From Candidatus Methylomirabilales bacterium (GTDB lineage Bacteria; Methylomirabilota; Methylomirabilia; Methylomirabilales; CSP1-5), in contig JBHIAH010000014.1 of NCBI GenBank assembly GCA_046758505.1, forward strand, positions 1-45,975: 45,975 nt of DNA. Reading direction: 5' to 3'. Positions 17,363-28,050 of the stretch are shown here, in pieces. Under the pieces are notes generated by a model. The model was not told the origin of the DNA. It did not search any database and saw only the letters and a list, made by a program, of their open reading frames with translations. The position numbers and the translations under genes were made by a program. Position 1 is the stretch's first letter. The number at the start of each line of letters is the position of its first letter.

Positions 17363-17841
17363 AGCTTGACCTCCACGAGCCGGCCCAGCCGGGTGCCAAA
17401 GAGGAGGAGCCCGCCGACCACCGTGGTGTACACGGCCCCGGGGAGGACAATCCAGACCAGGGACTCTCCGACACCCCGCCCCATCCCGAAGATGGCCAGG
17501 ACGGCCAATGTCATCAGGCCTGAACCGATGCCGGTGAGAAAGAGGAGGGCGACGTGGGGGATCAGACGGGTCTCCTCCACCTCTTCCCGCACGCGCACCA
17601 GCACGTACCCCAGGAGGCTCAACGTAAAGGCGTTCAGTCCGAGGGGGGCGCCGGAGAGGGCGTCCTCATAGAGGCCCAGAACGGCACCCCCCAGGCAGGC
17701 CTGCACGGGACTCATCCTCAAGCTACCCACATAGAGGAGGAGGAGAAAAAGATCTGGCCGAACCCGCCCGAGTTCCACCAGCGGCGCGATGGTCGTCTGG
17801 AGAATCACAACTGCAACAAGGCCGCCGACAAACCGGATCAC
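17359..17841 (-). CDS. mreD: Rod shape-determining protein MreD
   Basis: RPDL, GLYEDALSG.PLG; operon position. Confidence 0.9.
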   Translation of the reverse strand: MIRFVGGLVAVVILQTTIAPLVELGRVRPDLFLLLLYVGSLRMSPVQACLGGAVLGLYEDALSGAPLGLNAFTLSLLGYVLVRVREEVEETRLIPHVALLFLTGIGSGLMTLAVLAIFGMGRGVGESLVWIVLPGAVYTTVVGGLLLFGTRLGRLVEVKL

Positions 17842-18695
17842 TTGTCCCTCCGCTGAGACCGGCCGGGACGGGAACCCGCTCCGGCAACCACCAGGACCTC
17901 CTCCAACCGGGAAAAATCGACGCTGGGATCGACGGTGGTCTCCTGGAAGAGGGCTCCACTCCGCCGATCAGCGGCCGTCACCTTCCCGACGAGGATCCCC
18001 TTCGGGTACACGCCCCCCAGGCCCGAGGTGATCACCACCTCTCCGACTCGAATCTCGGCCCGGACAGGGAGGTATCTGATCCGGAGCCCGCCCGATCGGG
18101 CCCCCATCAAGAGCCCCGTCACGCGCGAGCTCTGCAGCAGCACGCCCACCGAACTCACGGGATCGGTGATGAGCTGGATCCGTGCGCTCGAGAGACTGAC
18201 GTCTACGACCTGGCCGACCAGCCCCCCCGGACCGATCACCGCCATGTGCCGCTCGATCCCGTGCCGGGATCCCTGGTCGATCAGCAGGCTGTGAAACCAG
18301 TTGGTGGCATCCTTCCCCACCACCACGGCCGGAACCACCTGAAAGGGCGTTCGTTCCCGAAGGCCGAGGAGGCCCTTGAGGCGCTGATTTTCCCGACCTG
18401 ATTCCTCCAGCACCCTCAGGCGTCCCTGGAGCGCCTGGATCTCTTCGTGGAGGCGCAGGTTTTCCTGCCGAACGTCGCGCAGGTCGACATAGTTATCCCA
18501 GATCTCTTGCGTGGTCCGTTTGACGTACGTGGTGGCCTTCAGGAAGGGGGTGACGGACTCCAGGAGGAGCCGCGTGAGAAAAGGGGTGAGATTCTCTTCC
18601 CGGCGCACCTCCATGGTCATGAGGAGGAAGGAGACAAGCACGGCACTCGCGAGGACAACGGTCCGTCGATATTTCGCGAGCAGGCGAAGGATCAT
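17838..18695 (-). CDS. mreC: Rod shape-determining protein MreC
   Basis: ENQRLKGLL, IDQGS..G, GLVGQV, TSGLGGVYPKG. Confidence 0.95.
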   Translation of the reverse strand: MILRLLAKYRRTVVLASAVLVSFLLMTMEVRREENLTPFLTRLLLESVTPFLKATTYVKRTTQEIWDNYVDLRDVRQENLRLHEEIQALQGRLRVLEESGRENQRLKGLLGLRERTPFQVVPAVVVGKDATNWFHSLLIDQGSRHGIERHMAVIGPGGLVGQVVDVSLSSARIQLITDPVSSVGVLLQSSRVTGLLMGARSGGLRIRYLPVRAEIRVGEVVITSGLGGVYPKGILVGKVTAADRRSGALFQETTVDPSVDFSRLEEVLVVAGAGSRPGRSQRRDK

Positions 18696-18791
18696 CGCAT
18701 CCTGCGAACCTCCCGTCGATCGTGCAATTGCCCTGACAGCCGATGACAGAAAACCGATGACCGAGAAAACCAGTCGTCGGTCATCGGTCGT

Positions 18792-19820
18792 TTAGTTGTC
18801 GAGACAGACCGTTTTCAAGAGGTCCAGCTCGTCCAAGACCTTGCCAGCCCCCAGCACCACACAGGAGAGCGGGTCCTCCGCAATGGTCATCCTGAGGTGC
18901 GTCTCCAGGCCGATGAGAGTATCCAGGCCGTGGAGGAGTGATCCCCCACCGGTCATGACGATCCCCTTCTCGGCGATATCCGCCGCCAACTCCGGAGGGG
19001 TCCGCTCCAGGGCGGTCTTCACCGCATCCACGATGGCGTAAATAGGATCGTGCAGGGCCTCCCGGATATCGCTATCGGTGACGGTAATGGTCTTGGGAAT
19101 CCCGTCCATCAGGTCTCGCCCTTTGATCTCCATCTTCCGCGGCTCATTGAAGGGATAGGCCGAGCCGGACTGGATCTTGATGCGCTCGGAACTCCGCTCC
19201 CCCACCAGCAGGTTGTACTTCCGCTTCAGGTACTGGATGATCGCTTCGTCCATCTCGTCTCCGGCGATGCGGATGGACTGGCTGTAGACGATCCCGGAGA
19301 GAGAGATCACGGCCACCTCCGTGGTCCCGCCACCGATGTCCACGATCATATTCCCCGAAGGCTCCTGGACGGGGAGTGCCGCCCCGATGGCCGCTGCCAT
19401 CGGCTCTTCAATGAGATAGACCTCTCGGGCCCCCGCCTGCTCTGCCGAGTCGCGGATCGCGCGTTTCTCTACCTGGGTAATCCCGGAGGGGACACCGATC
19501 ACGATCCGGGGCCGGACGAGCGCCTTTCGGTTGTGAATCCTGATGATGAACTGCCGGATCATCCGCTCGGTGATATCAAAGTCGGCGATAACCCCGTCTT
19601 GAAGGGGACGGACCGCAACGATGGAGGCCGGCGTCCGGCCCACCATCTCTTTGGCCTCCCTCCCCACCTTCAGGACCTGACTCGTCCCCTTCTTTACCGC
19701 CACCACCGAAGGCTCGGAGAGGACGATGCCCTTTCCACGCACGTAGATCAGCGTGTTGGCGGTCCCGAGGTCAATGGCGAGGTCGTTGGAAAACATCCCA
19801 TAGATCAAATCAAAGAGCAT
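18792..19820 (-). CDS. mreB: Rod shape-determining protein MreB
   Basis: [37 protein letters not shown]. Confidence 0.98.
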   Translation of the reverse strand: MLFDLIYGMFSNDLAIDLGTANTLIYVRGKGIVLSEPSVVAVKKGTSQVLKVGREAKEMVGRTPASIVAVRPLQDGVIADFDITERMIRQFIIRIHNRKALVRPRIVIGVPSGITQVEKRAIRDSAEQAGAREVYLIEEPMAAAIGAALPVQEPSGNMIVDIGGGTTEVAVISLSGIVYSQSIRIAGDEMDEAIIQYLKRKYNLLVGERSSERIKIQSGSAYPFNEPRKMEIKGRDLMDGIPKTITVTDSDIREALHDPIYAIVDAVKTALERTPPELAADIAEKGIVMTGGGSLLHGLDTLIGLETHLRMTIAEDPLSCVVLGAGKVLDELDLLKTVCLDN

Positions 19821-20011
19821 CGGCTTTGCTCCTTTCCCCTACCGCCCAATGATCCCTGTCCGCACCGAACGTACGTCGATGATTAACATAGCCACCCTGC
19901 AAAGACAAGAGGTTTTCCCCTGTGCCGCGGGAACGGGAAAAAACTGTTGCGGACACACGGGGCCATTGGGTATCCTTTTCATCAGTCGAGTGTGTCTTAG
20001 AGGGAGCAGGT

Positions 20012-21016
20012 ATGCTTCGGAGCATGCGCAATAACCTCAAGTCCCTCAGCATCACCCTCTGGCTGGTGATCGCCTCGTTCATTGCCACCATCTTCCTGGT
20101 TTGGGGAATGCAATCCGCCGGTCCCGGGAGCAGCCGCAGTCCGGCGGTAGCCGCCACGGTCAACGGCGACCACATCCCCTGGCTCGAGTTTCAACGGGCC
20201 TACCAGCAGCAGCGGGAGGCCCTCCGCCGCGCCTACGGCGACCAGTGGAAGGAGGATCTGGTCCGAGAGCTGGACCTTCGCCACCGGGTCCTGGATGGTC
20301 TCATTACCGACATGCTCCTCGTCCAAGAGGCCGAGCGGGTCGGGCTCACCGTCTCCCGTGAGGAGTTGGCCGCCGCCGTCATGGACAACCCCTTGTTCGC
20401 CCAAGAGGGGACATTCAGCCCACAGCGCTATCGCCGCCTCCTGGAGGCAAATCGTCTGACTCCGGAGCAATACGAAGCGGCGATCCGCGAGGGGCTGCTC
20501 CGTCAGAAGTTGGCCACCCTGATTCAAACGTCCGCCAAGATCTCGGAGGTCGAGGCGTGGGAGACCTTTCGGGCAGCCAAAGAGAAGGTCCGCGTCGCCT
20601 ACGTCAGTCTCCCGCGGTCAGCAGAAAACACGGCCCGCCTCAAAGACCTCCAGGCACGGGCCAGCCAGAAGGGAACCCCCTGGGAAAAGGTCTTGCAAAA
20701 TTCGGGCCTGAAGCTCAATCGGCCCAAACCCTTCACGGCCGGCGCGGACGTGGTCGACCCCCGGGACAGCCGGGCGTTTCACCTGGCCATTCTCCGCCTG
20801 AGGAAGGGAGAGTGGAGTCCCGTGATCGAAGGAGGGAAGTCGTATTTCCTGATCCACCTCCTCGATCGCGTGACCCCGACCCGAGAAGCCTTCGAAAAGG
20901 AAAAGACCACCTGGATGCAAGAGCGCCTCGCGGAGAAGCGGCTACGGATGTGGGCGATGTGGGTCCAGGATCTCAAGCGGCGGGCCGAGATCGAGATCGC
21001 GCAGGAGCTCGCCTAG
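20012..21016 (+). CDS. SurA N-terminal domain / PpiD-like periplasmic chaperone
   Basis: MLRSMR..TM helix..VAATVNGDHI; degenerate parvulin-like C-terminus (GEWSPVIE). Confidence 0.8.
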   Translation: MLRSMRNNLKSLSITLWLVIASFIATIFLVWGMQSAGPGSSRSPAVAATVNGDHIPWLEFQRAYQQQREALRRAYGDQWKEDLVRELDLRHRVLDGLITDMLLVQEAERVGLTVSREELAAAVMDNPLFAQEGTFSPQRYRRLLEANRLTPEQYEAAIREGLLRQKLATLIQTSAKISEVEAWETFRAAKEKVRVAYVSLPRSAENTARLKDLQARASQKGTPWEKVLQNSGLKLNRPKPFTAGADVVDPRDSRAFHLAILRLRKGEWSPVIEGGKSYFLIHLLDRVTPTREAFEKEKTTWMQERLAEKRLRMWAMWVQDLKRRAEIEIAQELA

Positions 21017-21035
21017 TTTTTCCGCTGGAGTCTGT

Positions 21036-21374
21036 ATGGCGTTCGTGTATTACGGGGACGACGGTTCGATCCAGGGCTTTTCCAGGGAGCGCTCGGATGT
21101 CTCTCTGGGGACACATTGTGTCCCCATCTCCCAGGAGGCTTTCGAGATGCTTTCGGCGATCCCCACAGGTTTCAAGATGGACCTGGCGAGCGGCATGTTG
21201 AAGGCGCACACGGTCTCCGACCGGGAAGACTGGATCCGGTGGATCCCGGTGGTCCTCAACCACCGGTACGTGGATGGGGAGTTCGTCCCGCTGGTGAAAG
21301 AGTCCACCCCATTCGAGGAGTGGGTCCGGGGGAGGGCGAAGAAAAGTCACAAGCGCACCGGGGGCGCAGATTGA
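21036..21374 (+). CDS. Hypothetical protein
   Basis: GGAG RBS; follows the SurA-like gene. Confidence 0.6.
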   Translation: MAFVYYGDDGSIQGFSRERSDVSLGTHCVPISQEAFEMLSAIPTGFKMDLASGMLKAHTVSDREDWIRWIPVVLNHRYVDGEFVPLVKESTPFEEWVRGRAKKSHKRTGGAD

Positions 21375-21425
21375 GACTGTCCCCCCCCCGCCACACGAGA
21401 CCGGAACGGCCACGGACGCGCGACG

Positions 21426-21617
21426 TCATTCCTTTTTCGAGACGAGGTGGATGATCACCCCCTCATTTGCCGGGATAGAGAGAATCGCTCCAAGCATGGC
21501 CAAGGCGATGTGCATGTGGAGCGGGAGTTTGCCATAGAGGGCTAAAAACCCTACCACACCGGCCGTCATCAAGACCCCAATCCCAAGGGCGGCCAGCACG
21601 ATCAAGGCCTTCGTCAT
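21426..21617 (-). CDS. Small 2-TM hypothetical protein
   Basis: MTKALIVLAALGIG...; G-rich RBS. Confidence 0.55.
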   Translation of the reverse strand: MTKALIVLAALGIGVLMTAGVVGFLALYGKLPLHMHIALAMLGAILSIPANEGVIIHLVSKKE

Positions 21618-21780
21618 CTCACCCCCCCCTTTTTCTGCAGATCGAGAGACCCGTGAGGCTGCCCAGCAGCCCCCCAACCGCAATCAACAGGAACGGGGAT
21701 GCGTCCGGCCGCGCCCGGAAACGGGTGGACGCCCTGCTCGGTGAAGAGGTGCCACGTGCGCGCTCGGAGGTGGGCCTTGC

Positions 21781-22953
21781 TCACAGGGACTCCGGGAAGG
21801 CACACAGTTCGAGTTCCGCGCGCTCGACACTCAGTTTCACCAGACGGTCGATGTCGAGGGTAAGCTCCGCCCTCCCGATCTCTTCCACCGTCGCCCGGGT
21901 GGCCGGATACGGGGGGACAAAGAGGGTACAACAGTCCTGGTCCGGCTGGATAGAGATCTCGTAGGTGCCGATCCCCCTCGCCTGTCCCGAGATCTCCTCC
22001 TTATCCATTCCGATCAGGGGGCGGAGGACGGGAAGCTTCACCGCGTCTTCGATCACGGTGAGATTCTCCAAGGTCTGGGAGGCTACCTGGCCGAGACTCT
22101 CGCCCGTGACCAGGGCCCGCGCCCCCTCGAGGCCAGCCAACTGCTCCGCGATCCGGGCCATGAGACGCCGATAGAGGAGAACCCGGTACGGCGCCGGCGT
22201 GTTCAGCACCACCTCTTGCTGGACCTCGCCGAAAGGGACCATGAAGAGTCGCGAGGCGTACTGAAAGCGGGTGAGGAGCTTGACGATCTCTCTGGTTTTC
22301 TCCTGGGTCCGCCGGTCCAAGAAGGGGGCCCCATGGAAGTGCACGAAGCTGACGAGGCACCCCCGGCGCATCATCCGATAGGCGGCCACCGGAGAGTCGA
22401 TGCCGCCGGAGACCAGCGCGATCACCCTCCCGGCGACCCCCACGGGAAGTCCCCCCGGTCCCCGAATCTTTTCCAGATAGAGGAAGGCCTCAGTTGGGAG
22501 GATTTCGAGAAAGAGGGTGAGCTCGGGGTTCTTCAGGTCGACCCGGGCCGGAAACCGCTCCAGGACGAATTTTCCCAGGGCCTCGTTCAGCTGCTGGGAA
22601 GTCAGGGGAAAGGCCTTGTACGCCCGGCGGGCGGTCACCCGAAAGGTCTGGAAGGACCCTCCCGCCAGGGCCCGTTCGGCCGCCTCCTGTAAGGCATCAA
22701 GGGTCAGGGCCGCGCGGACGGCCGGAGAGCAGTTGGCCACCCCAAAGACCTGCCGTACCCGGGCCGCAACCGCCCCGGCCGAGCGCTCCTCGGCCAGCTC
22801 GATCAGCAGGCGGCCCGTGAGCTTCCGGATCCGACGGACCGGGAGATCGGTCGTGGCCCTTCGCAGGTTGTGGACCAGCTGATTCACAAAGCGGGGACGA
22901 TTCCGCGCCTTGAGCGCAATCTCGTGATAATGGACCAGTAGGATTGTCATCAC
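21781..22953 (-). CDS. thiI: tRNA 4-thiouridine synthase ThiI (no C-terminal rhodanese domain)
   Basis: YHEIALK..NR, THUMP region, GGLPVG, SGGIDSPVA, TGESLGQVASQT, DCC. Confidence 0.95.
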   Translation of the reverse strand: MMTILLVHYHEIALKARNRPRFVNQLVHNLRRATTDLPVRRIRKLTGRLLIELAEERSAGAVAARVRQVFGVANCSPAVRAALTLDALQEAAERALAGGSFQTFRVTARRAYKAFPLTSQQLNEALGKFVLERFPARVDLKNPELTLFLEILPTEAFLYLEKIRGPGGLPVGVAGRVIALVSGGIDSPVAAYRMMRRGCLVSFVHFHGAPFLDRRTQEKTREIVKLLTRFQYASRLFMVPFGEVQQEVVLNTPAPYRVLLYRRLMARIAEQLAGLEGARALVTGESLGQVASQTLENLTVIEDAVKLPVLRPLIGMDKEEISGQARGIGTYEISIQPDQDCCTLFVPPYPATRATVEEIGRAELTLDIDRLVKLSVERAELELCAFPESL

Positions 22954-22980
22954 CCATCTCAGCGTCCAGGCCCCACGGAC

Positions 22981-23484
22981 CTACGACCCCCCTTCCCGCA
23001 TCTGCTCAAGCAGCCCAAGCACCTCATAAAAATCTGGAAGCTCTTTGGCTCCATAGACCCGGGCAAACCGGACAATCCCTTGTCGGTCGATGAGGAAGAC
23101 CGCGCGCTCCGCAATGTTCCGGTCCTCGATGAGGATCCCATAGGCCTGGCAGACACGGCGGTGGATGTCGCTGAGGAGGGGAAAGGCTACGCCCCCCAAG
23201 GATTTCGCCCAGGCCTCGTGGCAGGGAACGCTGTCCACACTCACACCCAGGACCTGGGTGTCCAGCCGCTCCAGGTCCGCTATGCGCTCCTGGAGGGCGG
23301 GCACCTCCCGAGTTCAGGTCGGCGTCCAGTCGAGGCGGTAAAACGCCAGCAGGACATTCCGGCTGCCGCGAAAGTTGCTGAGACGAACCGCCTGCTCGCC
23401 GGTCGCGTCCAGCACGAAATCGGGCGCCGGATCTCCGACGCTCACAACTTTTTGTGCAGGGCGCACACCTCCGGTCCCGTGCAT
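22981..23484 (-). CDS. AhpC/TSA-family peroxiredoxin with in-frame UGA (selenocysteine) at the peroxidatic position
   Basis: MHGTGG...VGDPAPDFVL...LLAFYRLDWTPT-UGA(23316-23314)-TREVPALQE...GVSVDS...LLSD...ERAVFLID; GGAGG RBS before ATG 23484. Confidence 0.85.
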
Positions 23485-23670
23485 GGTACCTCCGACACAA
23501 GCGATCAGCGGTCCGCAGTCCGCTATCAGCGGCCGGAACGCTAGTAGGCAAAAACGCTGGGATGCGGGGATGCTCGAAAGCCGAAACGGGGAAGCTTATA
23601 ACCTTCACGGCCTCCTGGCTTCCTCGCCTTCTCGCCTTCTAGCTGCCTACTGCTGATAGCTGACCGCTCG

Positions 23671-24291
23671 CTAGTAGAAGCGGCTCATCGTGGGGGCAAT
23701 CGCCATCCTGGCGCGGATAGCCTCGACGATGCGCCTCGGTTCTCGGGTACCGGTGATGACGGATCCGGCGATCAGGGCGATGGGCCGGTACAGCAGGAGC
23801 CACGGGACCTGGGCCACGCTCCAGTCACCACTGAAGGCTAGGGGGATCTCCTGCGCACGCAGCCCGGACACCACCTCCCGGAAGTTGACCTCCACTGGGA
23901 CCTTCAGGAGATCCGGCTGGAGCCTCCTGAACCGTGCCTCGTGCGCTGCCGGATCGGAAACGCTTTCGAGATCCAGCAGGACCCGCCGCCCGGTCTCTCG
24001 ACCCCGAGCGATGATCGCAGAGAGCCGCTCGTCCGTGAGAGAGGCTGGGACCGTCAAGGCCTCTACCCCAACCTCCAGCAGCGCCTCCGTCTCCGCCTCG
24101 GTCTCGGCCCAGCACGCCACGGGCCGATCCGGCACCGCATCTCGTACCATCCCCACAACGGTCGGGCCCGCGGCGCGGAGCAGCCGCGGACCGAGCTCGA
24201 CGGCGTCGATAAGGCCAGCCAGCTCGCAGGCGATCTCCAGGGCACCTCCCCGCTCTGGTCCGTCCAGGACGACCTGGAGGAGCGTCGCCAT
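23671..24291 (-). CDS. Degenerate OMP-decarboxylase/HUMPS (hexulose-6-phosphate synthase)-like TIM barrel
   Basis: LQVVLD, AVELGPRL, IAGSVIT resemble HxlA/UlaD, but the DxK motif is absent. Confidence 0.6.
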   Translation of the reverse strand: MATLLQVVLDGPERGGALEIACELAGLIDAVELGPRLLRAAGPTVVGMVRDAVPDRPVACWAETEAETEALLEVGVEALTVPASLTDERLSAIIARGRETGRRVLLDLESVSDPAAHEARFRRLQPDLLKVPVEVNFREVVSGLRAQEIPLAFSGDWSVAQVPWLLLYRPIALIAGSVITGTREPRRIVEAIRARMAIAPTMSRFY

Positions 24292-24516
24292 CGTTCCTCC
24301 TCCGAACCTACTGCCGCTCCAACTCACTGCCCCTCAGATTCACATGATAGAGCCAGGGGCACTGAGGGGGGGATGGGAGTTTTCGCCCCCGAGGCTCCCC
24401 CACGCCGGGGGGGTGCTCAGCGAGACCACAGCCGAGCGCCGAAGGGGGACCTGCCCCCCTCGCGGACGTGCCCCACCAGAGTGGAATGGTAGCGAGAAAT
24501 AACAGTTGGTGCGGCA

Positions 24517-24951
24517 CTAGGAGGACAGGGAACGGAGGAGAGTGTCGATCCCCGCCTGGGCCACCTCGCGGTCCTGATCTGCGGTCCCCGAGCTCACGCC
24601 GATCCCCCCAACGACCTGCCCCTCGATCAGGATGGGGAGACCGCCCCCCACGATCATGAATCGCCCCTGATTGCTGACAAAGATGCCGAAGGCTGGCCCC
24701 CCCGGCTGGGCGATTTCTCCGTACTTGTGGGTCGGCGTCCGGGCCGCGGCGGCAGTATAGGCCTTGCTGATCGCAACGTCGATACTGGTGATCTTGGCCC
24801 CCTCCATCCGGTGAAAGGCGAGGAGATTCCCCCCATCATCCACAACGGCGATGTCCATGGGGACGCCCGTCTCCGCCGCCTTCTTCTCGACCCCCTCCAG
24901 CATGATCTTGGCATCCATGAGCGTCAGCCTGATATTGTTCCGTGTCGGCAT
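24517..24951 (-). CDS. GlcG/HbpS heme-binding protein
   Basis: IAVVDDGGNL, RMEGA, AISKAYTA, GGGLPI, GGIGVSSG..QD. Confidence 0.92.
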   Translation of the reverse strand: MPTRNNIRLTLMDAKIMLEGVEKKAAETGVPMDIAVVDDGGNLLAFHRMEGAKITSIDVAISKAYTAAAARTPTHKYGEIAQPGGPAFGIFVSNQGRFMIVGGGLPILIEGQVVGGIGVSSGTADQDREVAQAGIDTLLRSLSS

Positions 24952-25085
24952 CGCGCCCCTCCTGCAGTCAGCTATCAGCGGTCAGCTGTCAGCTCTGTGC
25001 TGATAGCGGAGTGCTTACGAGCTCAGAGCCAAGACTCGCTCATGGGAGCGCGGACGGCTGACTGCTGGCGGCTGACCGCTCTATT

Positions 25086-26018
25086 TTATGCAGCCCCTTC
25101 GGCTTCCAGAAATCGCTCGGCGTCGATCGCCGCCATACAGCCACTCCCCGCGGCAGTCACCGCCTGGCGGTATACATGATCCTGGACGTCCCCGCAGGCG
25201 AAGACCCCCGGGACGCTGGTCCTGGTGCCGTGCTCCGTGATGATGTAGCCCCGCTCATCCACCCGAACCTGCCCCGCGACGAGGGCCGTGTTCGGGCGAT
25301 GCCCGATGGCGATGAAGACCCCGTCGCATGCGAGATCGGTCCGTTGCCCGGATTTCACATGTGCGAGACGGACCCCCTTCACCCCCTCTGCCTCACCCTC
25401 GAGAATCTCCTCGACCGTGCTCTCCCACTGAAAGGCGATTCGGGGATTGGTGAAGGCTCGCTCCTGCATGATCTTGGAGGCCCGAAGCTTCTCCCGCCGG
25501 TGGATCACCGTCACCTTGCTGCAGAGCTTGGAGAGATACAGGGCCTCTTCCATGGCCGAATCCCCACCCCCCACGACCGCCACCTCCTGATCCTTGAAGA
25601 AGAAGCCGTCACAGGTGGCGCAGGTCGAGATCCCCCGCCCCATCAACCGCTGCTCCGACTCGAGGCCCAGGAGGTTGGGAGAGGCCCCGGTGGCGATGAT
25701 GAGGGCACGGCAGTAAAGGAGGGCACCCTCCGCCTCGACCGTAAAGGGCCGCGTGCCGAGATCCACCTTGGTGGCCTCCCCGTGAAGGATCCGCGTCCCG
25801 AACCGCTCCGCCTGCTTCCGCATCAGTTCCATGAGCTCCGGCCCCATGATCCCATCCGGGAAGGCGGGATAGTTCTCGACCATGGTCGTTGTGGTGAGCT
25901 GCCCGCCGGGCTGGGCCCCGGAGATGAGGAGAGGCTTGAGATTGGCCCGTGCAGCATACAGGGCCGCGGTGTAGCCCGCCGGGCCGGAGCCGACGATCAC
26001 GATGGTGTGAAGCTCCAT
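25086..26018 (-). CDS. trxB: Thioredoxin-disulfide reductase
   Basis: [41 protein letters not shown]. Confidence 0.97.
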   Translation of the reverse strand: MELHTIVIVGSGPAGYTAALYAARANLKPLLISGAQPGGQLTTTTMVENYPAFPDGIMGPELMELMRKQAERFGTRILHGEATKVDLGTRPFTVEAEGALLYCRALIIATGASPNLLGLESEQRLMGRGISTCATCDGFFFKDQEVAVVGGGDSAMEEALYLSKLCSKVTVIHRREKLRASKIMQERAFTNPRIAFQWESTVEEILEGEAEGVKGVRLAHVKSGQRTDLACDGVFIAIGHRPNTALVAGQVRVDERGYIITEHGTRTSVPGVFACGDVQDHVYRQAVTAAGSGCMAAIDAERFLEAEGAA

Positions 26019-26163
26019 GTCGATCTCCTCTCGTGGAACCTCTTTCAAGGGACATGGGACCCCGCCGGGCGGCCCGGCGAGCGCCGACTCTCGATGGACT
26101 CCATCCGCGTGGTCCTGTCAACGAGAGATGGACGAGGAGGGGGGAAGACGTAATGCCGCAGGT

Positions 26164-26496
26164 CTATCGCTCCAAGGGATTGTCCGCCCTGGCCCAGGCG
26201 ATCGTCCCACCTTCCAGGTTGTACAGATTGGTGTACCCGACCGCAGCGGCGACCTCGCAGGCCACCGCGCTCCGCATCCCTTCGGCGCAGACAAAGATCA
26301 AATTGTCCTCGGTGATGAGCTCCTGGGCCTTTGCCAGGAGGGTGTTGAGGGGAATGTGCGTCGCGTTGGGAATACGGCCCTGTTCCCATTCAGCGGGTTC
26401 CCGGACATCAATAATCTTGTAGCCCTGTTCGATCAGCTCCTTGGCCTCTTCGATGCCGATGCGTTGGAACGGCTCCTTCTCCTCGAACTCCGCCAT
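26164..26496 (-). CDS. Single-domain rhodanese sulfurtransferase
   Basis: IDVREPAEW..GRIPNA, CAEGMRS loop, LEGGTIAW. Confidence 0.92.
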   Translation of the reverse strand: MAEFEEKEPFQRIGIEEAKELIEQGYKIIDVREPAEWEQGRIPNATHIPLNTLLAKAQELITEDNLIFVCAEGMRSAVACEVAAAVGYTNLYNLEGGTIAWARADNPLER

Positions 26497-26550
26497 GGTC
26501 TCACCTCGCTTCCAAATCCTGTCTCTTCCCCTTCCGGGGAAAGGGTCACT

Positions 26551-26823
26551 CTACGCGTTCTTCCGCTGCGCAACCGGGGCATCAGGATATCGATCAAAGT
26601 ACTCGTAGTTTTTCGCGATATACGATTTCCACTGCTCCGGGACCGCGCTCTCCTCAAAAATGGCGGTGACCGGACATTCGGGGTCGCAGGCACCGCAATC
26701 GATGCACTCGTCGGGCTTGATATAGAGTTGATCTTCCCCTTCGTAGATACACTCCACCGGACAGACATCCACACAGGCCCGATCCTTCACACCGACGCAG
26801 GGCTCCGCGATGATATAGGTCAT
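26551..26823 (-). CDS. 7Fe-type (FdxA-like) ferredoxin
   Basis: [39 protein letters not shown]. Confidence 0.92.
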   Translation of the reverse strand: MTYIIAEPCVGVKDRACVDVCPVECIYEGEDQLYIKPDECIDCGACDPECPVTAIFEESAVPEQWKSYIAKNYEYFDRYPDAPVAQRKNA

Positions 26824-26994
26824 TTCTCTTCCTCCTCGACTCGGATAATACGCTGATGTGTGAATCCTTCCGATGCAGCCGATCTTGCTTCCCCCGCCCT
26901 TGGTGTATACCATGGGTCCCACGACCGAGTCAAGGGACCCGTTTCCCGGCTGCTCCCCTTCTGCCATGCTCGGTCGTCTCATGGAGGAGGTCCG

Positions 26995-27711
26995 GTGAGG
27001 CACCATTGGCACCACATGATCTCCATTCGCGACTACCACCCGGATCGCGACCGCACCGACCCCCATGAAGGCCTGAGTCCTATCCTCCTCACGCTAATCC
27101 ACGAGGAGGCCTCCCCCCACGGGCGGCTGATCGAGATCGGCTGCGGGGCAGGCCGACTCACCCGTGCCGTTGCCCCACGTTTCCACGAGGTGATCGCCCT
27201 CGATTGGTCCGAGGCCGCACTCGCAAAGGCCCGGGTCGCCGTCGCCCAAGACGGAGTGGCCAACGTTCACTTCCACCTCGCCGATGCCGAGCAGATAGAT
27301 TACCAAGCGCTGGCGGAGGGACCGGTCCCCCTCGTGGTGGCCCACCTGTGCATGTCCAATGCCATTATCGCCCAAGCGGCCCGCCTCGGCCCCGGAACTC
27401 TCCTCGCCTTTGCCGCCTTTCACACCGACCAGTGGCATGAAACGGGGGTCATTTCGCGCTTCGCGTATAGCGAAGCGGCCGTGGAGGAGGCCCTCGCCAA
27501 GAGCGGCTTTCACCCCCGCTACCTCGGACTGGAGAAAGACGTTCTCCGGTTTCCCTCCCCCGAGGTCGCCATTGCCTATCTGAAACAGACCGGGCTCGAG
27601 GCCAGGTGGCGGTCCTCCGATCGCTGGGGAGGTTTCCTGCGATTTCTCGAGAACGGGGGGAACTCCCTGACCGTCCGCGCACGCGTAGTGGTCAAAGCCC
27701 GCCTCGACTAG
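26995..27711 (+). CDS. Class I SAM-dependent methyltransferase
   Basis: [23 protein letters not shown] 26995 after GGAGG (alternative ATG 27016). Confidence 0.85.
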   Translation: MRHHWHHMISIRDYHPDRDRTDPHEGLSPILLTLIHEEASPHGRLIEIGCGAGRLTRAVAPRFHEVIALDWSEAALAKARVAVAQDGVANVHFHLADAEQIDYQALAEGPVPLVVAHLCMSNAIIAQAARLGPGTLLAFAAFHTDQWHETGVISRFAYSEAAVEEALAKSGFHPRYLGLEKDVLRFPSPEVAIAYLKQTGLEARWRSSDRWGGFLRFLENGGNSLTVRARVVVKARLD

Positions 27712-28048
27712 TTCATAGTTCAGGGTTCACAGTTCAGGGATGAGAGCAGAGCAATTTAGGGTTGAGGATTCAGAGTCCGTAGACGGTTCAGGGTTCAGGG
27801 TTCGAGCGGTTCAGGGATCAAGGTTTGGGGTTCAGAGTTTAAAATCCATGAACCATGAACGACTCGACTGAGCTCGTCGAAGTCCATCCACCATGAACCG
27901 TTGGTCATGAACCATGGACCCTGAACCATGAACGATTAAGCGGTCGTCGGACTTCGGCGAGGAGTTCGGCTGAGGCTCACTCGAAGCCCTCAGTCGAGCC
28001 GTCACCGGACATCGGTCGTCGAGTTCTGGCGGTCATCGGTCTGCAGCC
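27710..28048. repeat. Degenerate heptamer tandem arrays in inverted arrangement with embedded palindromic units
   Basis: (GTTCAGG/GTTCATA)n at ~27710-27840 opposed by (CCATGAA/CCTGAAC)n at ~27845-27935. Similar arrays at ~7070-7105, 18735-18790, 23500-23670, 24965-25082 and 28510-28670. Confidence 0.75.
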
Positions 28049-28050
28049 CG

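Noticed and set aside
24330..24510. Riboswitch upstream of the HPS-like gene
   Set aside because: GC-rich short stems only; no recognisable aptamer consensus.
27710..27940. Possible CRISPR array
   Set aside because: Period-7 degenerate repeats with no constant repeat plus unique spacers, and no cas genes in the window.
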